Positions 10,068 to 18,978 of a stretch of 53,692 bases of DNA are shown here, piece after piece. The position numbers and the translations under genes were made by a program. The stretch lies in contig JAWAAW010000001.1 in the NCBI GenBank assembly GCA_038884975.1, forward strand, positions 86,465 through 140,156. The letters are read 5' to 3'. This DNA comes from Candidatus Woesearchaeota archaeon. Lineage in GTDB: Archaea > Nanobdellota > Nanobdellia > Woesearchaeales > ARS49. Within the stretch, counting starts at the first letter, position 1; each line of letters begins with the position of its first letter. Below the pieces are notes generated by a model that was not told the DNA's origin, searched no databases, and saw only the letters and a list, made by a program, of their open reading frames with translations.

Positions 10068-10922
10068 TTCACAAGCCTTGCAAATGTTATTGCTTGAAAT
10101 CTCACCGCAAAAACTGCAATAAGACCACTTCTGATTCTCATACATTTTTTTCAGTCCGCTCTGATTTTTCAAAAAGAACCGAACAATATTTTCCTTGATT
10201 CCGGGATTTTTGGTTTCTTGCAAATCAAGAAAGTCCCTTATTGCAAACCTGAAACCGTCAGAAGCACAGGGACAACGACAATACTTTACTGGAAACCCCA
10301 TAATTTTTGAATAACGCACAATCTCTGCTTCAGTGACATAATACAACGGCTTGACCCTGGGAACAAAAAGCTCATCGTTTACGCTGTCCACTGCAGGACC
10401 AAGCCTTGCATTAAGCTCAGGCCTGTTTTTCATCAAGTTCATGAGGATCGATTGCGCCTCATCATCAAGATTGTGACCAAGCACAAGCTTTTTTGCTTTT
10501 AACTCCCTTGCCTTTTTGTTAAGCAAATACCTCCTCAGGACTCCGCAAATCGTGCAGGACTTGTAAGAATTCCCCTTTGACCTGATGGAATCGCGCAAAT
10601 AGCACAATGATGCCCCAAAAATCTTCCTGAAAGAAATCTCATGAAGATTTATTCCAAGCTTTTTGCAGGTTTCCCGCAGGTTTTCAAGATTTTTCTGAGT
10701 GTAACAGCCGATGTGGGAATCAACCGTGATGGCTTCTATGTTGTAGCCAAGCTTTTGCAGGATGTAAAGCAGTGTTGTGCTGTCCTTTCCGCCACTAACA
10801 GCTACTGCAATTTTTTCTTTTTTTGAAAAAAGGCTGTATTTTATTATTGTGTTTAAAACCTTATTTTCAACAAATTCAAGGAATCTCTCATCCGGCAAGT
10901 CTTTCAAATTTTTTCCTTTCAT
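10014..10922 (-). CDS. ttuA: TtuA/Ncs6-family tRNA thiolase (TIGR00269-like)
   Basis: PP-loop SGGKDS, CTIC, GHNLDD, CPC and C-terminal CSFC...CKAC. Start chosen at ATG 10922 after AGGAG. Confidence 0.85.
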   Translation of the reverse strand: MKGKNLKDLPDERFLEFVENKVLNTIIKYSLFSKKEKIAVAVSGGKDSTTLLYILQKLGYNIEAITVDSHIGCYTQKNLENLRETCKKLGINLHEISFRKIFGASLCYLRDSIRSKGNSYKSCTICGVLRRYLLNKKARELKAKKLVLGHNLDDEAQSILMNLMKNRPELNARLGPAVDSVNDELFVPRVKPLYYVTEAEIVRYSKIMGFPVKYCRCPCASDGFRFAIRDFLDLQETKNPGIKENIVRFFLKNQSGLKKMYENQKWSYCSFCGEISSNNICKACELLGIAGKSLKPGKLCLG

Positions 10923-11736
10923 TCTCAATCTCCTTTTCATCCATTCCTGACAACGGACGAAGGACAAGCGCTTTGAGCGAAACAGCGCTTGTTTTGTTGA
11001 ATGCATCATTAAGCACAGCAGCCAATGCCTTTTGTTTCACTATTACGTCATCAAGCTCGCTGACACTGCTGATTTTTATTTGTCTTATTTCTTTACCGCA
11101 AGAAAACTTCCTGAGCAAACCAACATCAACATCATTCATCATTGCAAGAATGACATTGCATCCGCGCTTCATTATCATCAAGGCTGCAACAACAGAAGCG
11201 TCATCCTCAATCGCTACAACAACATCACCTTGGCAGCCAACAGGCATTCCGCCAGCACATTCCACACGCCCATTGAGCAAATAAATTTCACCACCAACAA
11301 TCTCGGTCTGAACATCAACAGCAGGGTTTTCCAGTCTAACCTTTGCTTTTGTTGACTGCCCCAGCTTTTCACCAAGCCTGGCACAAAACTCGCTCGACTT
11401 CAAAGGAAATCTTTTGTCAAGACGCTGGCAGGAAACGCGGAAAGAATCATTTTCAGAAAGTTTTTCAACAAGATTTTTTGCAATACTTGCTGCTTCATCG
11501 ACGGTTTTTCCTGCCTTGATTGCCTTTGAGAATGAAGCAATCCCAAAAACAGTCCTCAAGCAACTGCATTCATCAGCAGTTTCAATAATAATCCTGCCAT
11601 AAGCGCGCCTTACTTTAGTAAAAGCAACATCGTTTGATTTCAAGCAGGACTCTATGTTTCTAACAAGGATTTTCTCAAATCTCTCCCTGTTCTTTCCTTT
11701 TATCCCGATTTCTGCATACCTAACAAGCACAACCAT
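10888..11736 (-). CDS. thiI: ThiI-like THUMP-domain protein with degenerate PP-loop
   Basis: VRYAEIGIKGKNR N-terminus, THUMP domain, GGMPVG, MKRG and LRPLSGMD; SGGxDS is replaced by AIEDDAS. Confidence 0.8.
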   Translation of the reverse strand: MVVLVRYAEIGIKGKNRERFEKILVRNIESCLKSNDVAFTKVRRAYGRIIIETADECSCLRTVFGIASFSKAIKAGKTVDEAASIAKNLVEKLSENDSFRVSCQRLDKRFPLKSSEFCARLGEKLGQSTKAKVRLENPAVDVQTEIVGGEIYLLNGRVECAGGMPVGCQGDVVVAIEDDASVVAALMIMKRGCNVILAMMNDVDVGLLRKFSCGKEIRQIKISSVSELDDVIVKQKALAAVLNDAFNKTSAVSLKALVLRPLSGMDEKEIENERKKFERLAG

Positions 11737-11811
11737 AAAAAGTGCAAGACACACAAAACCTATTAAATATGCTCCGAAACCTTTTTAAATACCCCTCTGG
11801 AAGCAAAAACC

Positions 11812-12078
11812 ATGGTTGAAGGTAAAAGGCGTTCAAGAACTTTGAGAAGAATCCACATAAGGACTCCTGGAAACAGGAAGGTCATACATTATGTAGAAAG
11901 AAAAAAAAGCAGACCACACTGCTCAAACTGCGGCACTGTTTTGCACGGCATCAAAGCAATGACACCCAAACAAATGCATTCGATACCAAAAAGCAAGAAA
12001 AGGCCTGAAAGGCCTTACGGCGGCGTGTTGTGTTCTGCATGCATGCGCCGGCAAATAATAAGAAAGGCAAGACAATAA
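11812..12078 (+). CDS. rpl34e: 50S ribosomal protein L34e
   Basis: RTPG, CSNCG, RPERPYGGVLCSAC. Confidence 0.96.
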   Translation: MVEGKRRSRTLRRIHIRTPGNRKVIHYVERKKSRPHCSNCGTVLHGIKAMTPKQMHSIPKSKKRPERPYGGVLCSACMRRQIIRKARQ

Positions 12079-12080
12079 AA

Positions 12081-12120
12081 TGCTCTCGGGCAAACGGCGA
12101 CGTTCCCCATATGGAGAGCG
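12081..12120 (+). promoter_or_regulatory. GC-rich stem-loop with GNRA tetraloop directly before the rpl14e RBS
   Basis: GCTCTC/GAGAGC outer stem; GGG/CCC and AACG/CGTT closing a GCGA loop; GGAGG follows at 12120. Confidence 0.5.
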
Positions 12121-12131
12121 GAGGAAAAACA

Positions 12132-12548
12132 ATGATTGAGATTGGAAGGATTTGCGTGAAAACAGCAGGAAGAGATGCGGGAATGAAATGCGTCGTGGTT
12201 GATGTTCTTGACAATAATTTTGTCCTAATAGATGGTGAAACAAGAAGAAGAAAATGCAATGTCTTGCACCTTGAACCTCTTGACAAGACTGTTGAGATAA
12301 AGAAAGGCGCGAGCCATGAAGAAGTTACAAAAGTATTTGAAAAGCTTGGATACGCGGTCAGCACGCCAAAGACAAAAACCAAGAAACCCAGACCAAGAAA
12401 GGCAAGAAAGAGCAAGCTCGCAGTGAAACAACAGTCAACAACAAAAGCAGCAGCACCAAAAACTGCTTCAACAGAAAAGATAGAAATGCCGAAAGCGGCA
12501 GCGAAAAAAATACCTGCAAAAACTGCGATTCAAAAGACGCTTGCGTGA
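12132..12548 (+). CDS. rpl14e: 50S ribosomal protein L14e with Lys/Ala-rich C-terminal extension
   Basis: MIEIGRICVKTAGRDAG...RRKCNVLHLEP; GGAGG RBS. Confidence 0.95.
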   Translation: MIEIGRICVKTAGRDAGMKCVVVDVLDNNFVLIDGETRRRKCNVLHLEPLDKTVEIKKGASHEEVTKVFEKLGYAVSTPKTKTKKPRPRKARKSKLAVKQQSTTKAAAPKTASTEKIEMPKAAAKKIPAKTAIQKTLA

Positions 12549-12554
12549 GAAAAA

Positions 12555-14207
12555 TCAAGCCTTTTTCATGTGGTTGAATAATTCAGCAAGGTCTATCTCT
12601 GCAGCAGCAACAGGCATTTCCAGACCAAAGTTCGTTATAACCTGCGGGTGAATCTCGCCTATCGTGGCAATTGCGTGATTGTCAAGCTTGATTTGAGCAA
12701 CCCTGCCAGGAACAAAACTGCCGTGTTCTGTTTCCTCAAAAGCAACAGTAAGCCCAAGAACCCTGAACAAGCACTCAACAATTTGCCTGATTTCAGTATA
12801 ATCTGCCTTGGGATGCGCTGAAACAATACCAAGAACTGTTTTTTCCTCAACCATAGCGGGTGTTTTTGGGTTGGGGCTGAAGACAGTGCCAATCGTGAAA
12901 AACTTTTGCGGATAATCCTTCATCTTGTTGACCTTAAGCACTTCCAGCAGGGAGGGAAGCATCCACGCCCTAAGGGCATTGTAGTCAACAGTCAAGGCAT
13001 TCGCGAGTTCAATCACTTCTGCCTTGCAATTCATTGCTTTTGTCTGGACCGCCACATTTGTAAGGTGGTACGTGCTTGCCTCAAGCAGACCAAGCCCGAC
13101 AAGAAAGTCAGCAACAACATTCTGAAACCTAATAAAAGCATCTTCAGAACCTATTGTTGCAACACAAGGTATTTCTGGCCTGAATTTGTCATAACCATAA
13201 GCGATTGCAATGTCCTCTGCAAGGTCAACAGGATGCATCACGTCAGCGCGATAAGCAGGAACCAAGACAGTCCTTGCAGAATAGCCGTATCCCATACGCT
13301 CAAGCAATTTCTTGATGTCCGCTTCATTAAGGTCAAGACCAAGAAGCCTGTTGACAGCACCGAAATCAACCTTCATTTTCTTCGGCGACAAATCAGGGGT
13401 TGTAATTTTTTTCTTATACATCACATCAACAGAAACAATCCTTCCTCCCATATCTCCCAAAGCAGTAACTATTATGTTCAGCAAAGTTTTGAGAACACGC
13501 AAGTCAAAGCCAGAACATTCAATGAAAACATCCCTTGTTGAAACTTCAACTTTTCCAGTGGTCTGTGAATTGATTATTGGAGGCACGCTAAGAACCTGTC
13601 CCTTTGCATCAATAAACACAGGAAATTTTGGCTGTCCCTCAAGCAAATGCGCATAAGCCCTTCCTGTAGGGTGTTGCACAAGCAATTGGCTTGCATTCAT
13701 TTCACGCGAGCTTTCCAGCGGAACAAAAACAATATCCTGAGGCTTTTTTGCTGTGTAAGTGATTGGGAACTGTATTTTTTCCAACGGATAAATCCCAATG
13801 GCTGCCTTCTTGCGGTTCCTGCAGTATGTCGCGTGCAGCTTTTCCTGTATCTGAATTATTTCCCTGATTTTTTCATCATCAAACTTCAGCCCCTTCACAA
13901 CAGCGCACACAGTAAAAGGCCTTACCTGACTGACTGCCTTGTCCACAATAACATGATAACGCTCCTTTGCAACCTTATACTGCCTTAATCCCGTCTTCAC
14001 ACCAATGAATGAACTTAATGAACGCGCCAATCCCTGCTCGCTGAGCCAGTCAGGCCTGTTCGGCGAAATGTCCACCTCAAGCTCTGTTTCAAGAACAGCA
14101 TCGACAGGCGCGCCCATCATTGAAAGAGCATTGCTTAATTCTTTGTCGCCGAGCTTTTTGCCTACCGAGCGCAACAATTCCTGCTTGTTCACGATAATTG
14201 CAGACAT
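12555..14207 (-). CDS. pheT: Phenylalanine--tRNA ligase beta subunit
   Basis: PNRPDWLS, QEKLH, VPAYRADVMHPVDLAEDIAIAYGY, GEIHP; archaeal length. Confidence 0.97.
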   Translation of the reverse strand: MSAIIVNKQELLRSVGKKLGDKELSNALSMMGAPVDAVLETELEVDISPNRPDWLSEQGLARSLSSFIGVKTGLRQYKVAKERYHVIVDKAVSQVRPFTVCAVVKGLKFDDEKIREIIQIQEKLHATYCRNRKKAAIGIYPLEKIQFPITYTAKKPQDIVFVPLESSREMNASQLLVQHPTGRAYAHLLEGQPKFPVFIDAKGQVLSVPPIINSQTTGKVEVSTRDVFIECSGFDLRVLKTLLNIIVTALGDMGGRIVSVDVMYKKKITTPDLSPKKMKVDFGAVNRLLGLDLNEADIKKLLERMGYGYSARTVLVPAYRADVMHPVDLAEDIAIAYGYDKFRPEIPCVATIGSEDAFIRFQNVVADFLVGLGLLEASTYHLTNVAVQTKAMNCKAEVIELANALTVDYNALRAWMLPSLLEVLKVNKMKDYPQKFFTIGTVFSPNPKTPAMVEEKTVLGIVSAHPKADYTEIRQIVECLFRVLGLTVAFEETEHGSFVPGRVAQIKLDNHAIATIGEIHPQVITNFGLEMPVAAAEIDLAELFNHMKKA

Positions 14208-14208
14208 T

Positions 14209-15741
14209 TCAATTCACCCTGAGTCTTGCATCTCGCAGTTGCTGGACATCATTTTTGTAAATGTCACGAAGGTCTGTAATTTTATAATAGTCAGTAATTA
14301 TTCGTTCCATTCCTAACCCCCACGCAAGCACAGGAACCGCCCTTCCAAGCAATGGCTGGACAACTTCTGGTCGGAAAATTCCTGAGCCGCCGAGCTCAAC
14401 CCATTCGTTTTTTTCAGGATGCCAGACATCAACCTCCATGGATGGCTCTGTATAAGGAAAATGCGAAGGTCTCAACCGTATTTTTTCAAAACCCATCTTT
14501 TTGAAAAACTCCTTGAGGTAGCCCTGAAGGTTGGCAAGATTCGCATTAGGGTCAACAACAATTCCCTCTACCTGGTAAAATTCAAACAAGTGCTTCCAGT
14601 CAAGGGTTTCATTCCTGAAAACCTTCACGACACTAAAAAACTTTGCGGGAAGGTCCTTTTCCCTAAGTTGGGAGATTGCCTGCGCGCTCAGCACAGTGTT
14701 GTGTGTTCTTAGCAAAAGCTCCATTGCCTTTTCTTCACTCCACGGCTGCTGCCAGCCGGTGCTTCCTGTGTTTCCGCCATACTCATGCACTGCCTTGACT
14801 TTAGACACAAGCTCTTTCGGAAGCAACGCCTTGTTTGGATTCTTCAAAAAGAAAGTATCTTGCATTTCGCGCGCAGGGTGGTCCTGTGGGATATAAAGCG
14901 AATCCATGTTCCAGAAGGCAGACTGCACAATCGTGCCTGTCATTTCCCTGAAACCCATCTCAAGCCAAATTTTCCTTATTCGGTTAACTGAGTCGCTTAC
15001 AAAATGCCTCCTTCCACCAGCAATCTTAGGCACTTGGACTGTAACATCATAACGCCTGATTGGTTTCTTTTTCCATTCGCCTGACAGGATTATTTGAGGG
15101 GTTATTGCATCAATAATTTTTTCGTCCCTCACACCAATCTCAATAAGATGCTTTCCAAGAGGAAGGAGGGTAACGTGCTTTGTTTTTTGCTGTTCAACCC
15201 TAATTATGGCCTTTCTTTGTTTTAGCGCCTGGACTGCTGCTTTTTCCTCAGCAGCAAGCGCGCCAAGCTGCAGTGGAAATTCCTTTTTCAGCAAGGATTC
15301 CTCCAGGAATTCCTTTGCCGAAGCAATTTTTCCCTGTTCTGTCAGCTTGACCCTGAAGCCCTTGTCGTGCGAAATATGAATCAATGCCTTTTTTCTCAAC
15401 AAGCCGAGGCATATGTTAAGCTCATCGCGCGAAAGCCGTGCCTTTTCCGCAACATTGTTAACAGGCAATTCCTTGTCACTCAATGCCTGCAGGAACCTTC
15501 TTTCAGGAAGACCTTGCTTTTTGTACAATTCGCCATTCTTGTCAAGCAGAACGATGTCAGAAGAAGAAACATCAACCTTGACAATTTTCTTGTTCTCAAG
15601 CCACTGCAAAGCCCTGATTACCTCAACGTCCTTGAGCCCTGTGGCTGCACAAATCTCAGGAACAGAGGAATGCTTGTCCAGCACTGGAAGTACCTTTCGC
15701 TCCAGCGGGTGCAGGCTTTGCACGAGTTTGTCTAGGTTCAT
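14209..15741 (-). CDS. pheS: Phenylalanine--tRNA ligase alpha subunit
   Basis: PQDHPAREMQDTF, FRNE, FPYTEPS, GSGIFRPE, AWGLGMER. Confidence 0.97.
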   Translation of the reverse strand: MNLDKLVQSLHPLERKVLPVLDKHSSVPEICAATGLKDVEVIRALQWLENKKIVKVDVSSSDIVLLDKNGELYKKQGLPERRFLQALSDKELPVNNVAEKARLSRDELNICLGLLRKKALIHISHDKGFRVKLTEQGKIASAKEFLEESLLKKEFPLQLGALAAEEKAAVQALKQRKAIIRVEQQKTKHVTLLPLGKHLIEIGVRDEKIIDAITPQIILSGEWKKKPIRRYDVTVQVPKIAGGRRHFVSDSVNRIRKIWLEMGFREMTGTIVQSAFWNMDSLYIPQDHPAREMQDTFFLKNPNKALLPKELVSKVKAVHEYGGNTGSTGWQQPWSEEKAMELLLRTHNTVLSAQAISQLREKDLPAKFFSVVKVFRNETLDWKHLFEFYQVEGIVVDPNANLANLQGYLKEFFKKMGFEKIRLRPSHFPYTEPSMEVDVWHPEKNEWVELGGSGIFRPEVVQPLLGRAVPVLAWGLGMERIITDYYKITDLRDIYKNDVQQLRDARLRVN

Positions 15742-15784
15742 GTGAGTCCTGGCAAACCAACAAGGAAAAAAGAAAACACCGCCT

Positions 15785-16588
15785 TTACTTGGCGGGCTTC
15801 ATATTCTTCCAGGCAGTGTCAAACAAGTTTTCAAGCGCGCTCGCGAAGAACGGCGTGTTGACCCAGATTCCAACATCATAAGTCGGATGGACTTCCTTGT
15901 CGTCCAGGATCATGAACACAATGTCCTTGCCGTCAACAACGCAGAACCTTGCCTTTGAGTCCGTATGCCTTACTTCAGCAACCTCTGACACTTCCTTCAG
16001 CGCTTCCCTTGTTTCCTTTGTTATTGGTGCTGCAATGCGGACCTTTACGCCCTTGCGCTTGAGTTTTTCAAATACGGGCTTAAGCCCCTCAACCTTTCGC
16101 AGAAAACCCTGTGATGTTGTCATTATTGTAACGCTCTTTTCTGCATTCCTGATTGTCAGCTCGAGATGTGAATAAAGATTGTGTCTTCCACGCAATGAAC
16201 CAGAAAGGTCTGCAGGCTCAACAAGCTCAACTCCCTGCGTGTGCAGAAGGTTAAGCTCATTCAGCACATCTGTTGACTTGAGCTGTTCAAGGCGCTTGAC
16301 ACGCTCTTCAGCTTCTTCCTTCATATTTTTCTTGACGCGCTCAAGAACTTCCTGAGGCGGAACAGCAATGTACTTTATAGGCTTGCCAAGTTTCATCACG
16401 ACAAACCCCTTGCGCTCCAAGGATTCCAGAACGTCATAGCTCCTTGACCGTGGAACATTTGCAATGTCAGAAAGCTCACCTGCTGTCGCAACACCTCGCG
16501 AGAGCAACGCCGTCCAAATCTTGACCTCGTAGAGGTTCAAGGAAAAATACCGACGGAGCTTGCTCAAAAATTCCTCTTTGACAATCAT
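15785..16588 (-). CDS. TrmB-family (TrmBL2-like) DNA-binding protein, paralog 1
   Basis: LNLYEVKIW...ANVPRSRSYDVLESLERKG wHTH followed by PLD-like C-terminal domain; 267 aa. Confidence 0.9.
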   Translation of the reverse strand: MIVKEEFLSKLRRYFSLNLYEVKIWTALLSRGVATAGELSDIANVPRSRSYDVLESLERKGFVVMKLGKPIKYIAVPPQEVLERVKKNMKEEAEERVKRLEQLKSTDVLNELNLLHTQGVELVEPADLSGSLRGRHNLYSHLELTIRNAEKSVTIMTTSQGFLRKVEGLKPVFEKLKRKGVKVRIAAPITKETREALKEVSEVAEVRHTDSKARFCVVDGKDIVFMILDDKEVHPTYDVGIWVNTPFFASALENLFDTAWKNMKPAK

Positions 16589-16677
16589 GCTTACCTCCCC
16601 CCTTTTGTTGTTATGGGACTGGGGTAAATCGAAGCGGGTATTAAAATGTTACGATTTTAACCACCGCACAAGGGGGA

Positions 16678-16696
16678 TATTTACTCTTGAGTAGTG
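16678..16696. promoter_or_regulatory. Putative operator TACT-N4-AGTA (copy 1)
   Basis: TATTTACTCTTGAGTAGTG, 17/19 identical to 18979-18997; lies downstream of the minus-strand TATA (16712-16719) of trmB paralog 1. Confidence 0.5.
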
Positions 16697-16750
16697 CTTT
16701 TTGACTAAGAGGTATATAATGATTATTGTGTTTGAGAACAAGATTAAGCA

Positions 16751-17794
16751 CTAGAACATCTTGTATCTCAGTATTGCGCCAATGCCACCAAGACCATGCA
16801 AACGCTTTCCACCTTCGTGCTCTGTTGATATAATCCACACCTTTCCTTTCGTGCGGTCAACTGACTTCATTATCATGTCGAGCTCTGCGAACTTGTTTTC
16901 TTCCCTTAGTTTCTGGACAAGCCGGTCTGTGACAAGAAGATGGTCAACAGCCCCTGCCTCTGCTGCCTGCATTGTCTCAATCATACCATAAGCAGCATTG
17001 CCTGCCTTTGCAATCGCGTGAAAAAGTTCCTCAACAATTGCCATTTCCCTGCTCACTCTTTCGAGGCGCAATGCTTCCTGCGTTTCCTTCCTCTTCAAAA
17101 CTTCTGCGATTGCTGTTTCATCAACGCCAGAACAAGTTGCCTGGATGATTTTTTTCTTGAGTTCCTGGTTTGCCAGCACCTTGCAAAGCTCTTCCTTCCA
17201 GAAAGCAGGGCTTGCAAGAATTATCTTGTCAAGCTCAAACCGCCGGTCATACTCCTCCAATTGCTTTATTATCTCTCCGTAAAATGTTTCCTTGACCTTC
17301 TCAGGAATTGCTTTTTTTGCCACCTTTCCCCTTATTGTCGTGAGCATTTCATAGCCGTCGCGCGAAAGCTTTGCGAACAATGCTTCCTCGCGGTCAAAAA
17401 CGCAAATAATGATTTTCGGCGGCTTTACAGAGGTTGCCTCCTTAAGATAATCCAGCTGGTACTTCAGCCATTCCTTCTTGATGATTGAAATCGTGCTTCC
17501 AACCTCTATTGAGAATGTATGATAGCTGCCGTGAGGAACATCTTCAGGACCCTCTGTTACCTTTCCAGAAATCCTTAATTCTGTTGCAGTAAACTCAATC
17601 TTTTCAACCTGTATTGCAAGAAAAACCTTTTTCCTCTCGGCAGCGGCCTCTTCTGTTGCCTTTATTTTCCTTAAAGTCTTTCCCTTGACAATATCGCCTT
17701 TGTCGATGATGTTGTTTAGAAACCACAAGTCATCAGGATTCTCAACTAACACTTTTGCCTCTCCCTGCTTAAGCTTCAATGCAAGCTGCTTCAT
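16751..17794 (-). CDS. pelA: Pelota (Dom34) mRNA surveillance protein
   Basis: ENPDDLWFL, GSYHT, C-terminal EHEGGKRLHGLGGIGAILRY. Confidence 0.95.
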   Translation of the reverse strand: MKQLALKLKQGEAKVLVENPDDLWFLNNIIDKGDIVKGKTLRKIKATEEAAAERKKVFLAIQVEKIEFTATELRISGKVTEGPEDVPHGSYHTFSIEVGSTISIIKKEWLKYQLDYLKEATSVKPPKIIICVFDREEALFAKLSRDGYEMLTTIRGKVAKKAIPEKVKETFYGEIIKQLEEYDRRFELDKIILASPAFWKEELCKVLANQELKKKIIQATCSGVDETAIAEVLKRKETQEALRLERVSREMAIVEELFHAIAKAGNAAYGMIETMQAAEAGAVDHLLVTDRLVQKLREENKFAELDMIMKSVDRTKGKVWIISTEHEGGKRLHGLGGIGAILRYKMF

Positions 17795-17818
17795 AAACAT
17801 ACAAGAACAAGAATCAAT

Positions 17819-18451
17819 TTAATAATCCTCTTGTCTTATCACGCCATAGCCATAAAGCGGATATGGAGACCTCCTTGTGCCATACGGTTCATAATAAGGG
17901 TGCTTAGCCCTTGCGCGCTGCAGGTTAAACTTGTTGAAATCATCAGACTCAAAGAAATGATACCTGTACTTCCCAATCTTTCTTGATTCCTCCAAATGGT
18001 CATAATCAGTAAAATCAACGACCTCCCAACGGTCAAAAGCGTTGGTAACTGCAAACGCATTATAGTCCTTCAAGGTATAACATGCCCAAGCATCATAACC
18101 ATCATCAACGTCATCACGGTCAAGGGCATCATAAGGGTCTTCATCAACAATTCTCAACTGGTCAGCACGACGCAAGCGCTTAAGGTCATCCCTGTCAGCA
18201 CCCCCTGAATCAAGAACATCATACTTGTCAAAACTCCCTGCACGAGCAAAACTATTGTAATCACCCAAGGAAATGCAGTTGTACTTGCGGAAATCACCAA
18301 TTTCGTCAGGATCAACACCGCTAAAAGGGTGGCTTAATGCATAATTGACATTGTCCCTGTAATCAATCTCGTCAGAAAAATAAAAAACCTTTGCATAAGC
18401 TGAATCAAGCGCAACAAGTGCCACAATAAAAGCAAACAGAATCCTTTTCAT
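17819..18451 (-). CDS. Secreted Asp/Tyr-rich protein with internal duplication
   Basis: Signal peptide MKRILFAFIVALVALDSAYA; repeat CxxLxDYNxFA....FD..(D/E)V(L/V)D occurs twice. Confidence 0.7.
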   Translation of the reverse strand: MKRILFAFIVALVALDSAYAKVFYFSDEIDYRDNVNYALSHPFSGVDPDEIGDFRKYNCISLGDYNSFARAGSFDKYDVLDSGGADRDDLKRLRRADQLRIVDEDPYDALDRDDVDDGYDAWACYTLKDYNAFAVTNAFDRWEVVDFTDYDHLEESRKIGKYRYHFFESDDFNKFNLQRARAKHPYYEPYGTRRSPYPLYGYGVIRQEDY

Positions 18452-18453
18452 CG

Positions 18454-18966
18454 TCAATAATACCCATAAGGAATATAACCTGAATACCTTCCAATACGCG
18501 AATACCTGTACGGGTCATAATAAGGGCTTGTGTAGCCATACGAATAATAATCGCTGAACGGCCTGTAATCATATCCATAATTTGTGCCAACATCATAGTA
18601 TGGATAACGATAATCAATGCCGTCATAATAATATCTCACGTATGGATAACTGTAACCAGAATCGTAACGCCTGCTCACGCTCTCTGACTCTGACTTCCTT
18701 GCAAACTCATAAGTCCTTGACCTGCCATAATCATAATGATCAGTGGCATACCTGTATCTGCCTGACCTACCTGAAGATGAGTAATGCTCACTCTCTGACT
18801 CGCTAATCCTAACACTCTCAGAATTTCTTGAATAAGAATAGTCGCTTGAAAAAGCGTCATCATAGAGCGGCACGTCGTAATAATCGTATGCGTAAAAGTG
18901 CGCTGAAACGCTGAACGAGGCAAGAACCAATGCAACAATCACTGCGATAATGCTTGTATTTTTCAT
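18454..18966 (-). CDS. Secreted Tyr-rich low-complexity protein
   Basis: Signal peptide MKNTSIIAVIVALVLASFSVSA; about 40 Tyr in about 148 mature residues; G-rich RBS. Confidence 0.7.
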   Translation of the reverse strand: MKNTSIIAVIVALVLASFSVSAHFYAYDYYDVPLYDDAFSSDYSYSRNSESVRISESESEHYSSSGRSGRYRYATDHYDYGRSRTYEFARKSESESVSRRYDSGYSYPYVRYYYDGIDYRYPYYDVGTNYGYDYRPFSDYYSYGYTSPYYDPYRYSRIGRYSGYIPYGYY

Positions 18967-18978
18967 ACCAACCCCCAC

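Noticed and set aside
16612-16670. tRNA-like fragment (minus strand TTCGATT...CCCA)
   Set aside because: No T-stem, anticodon arm or acceptor pairing; better explained as part of the trmB leader.
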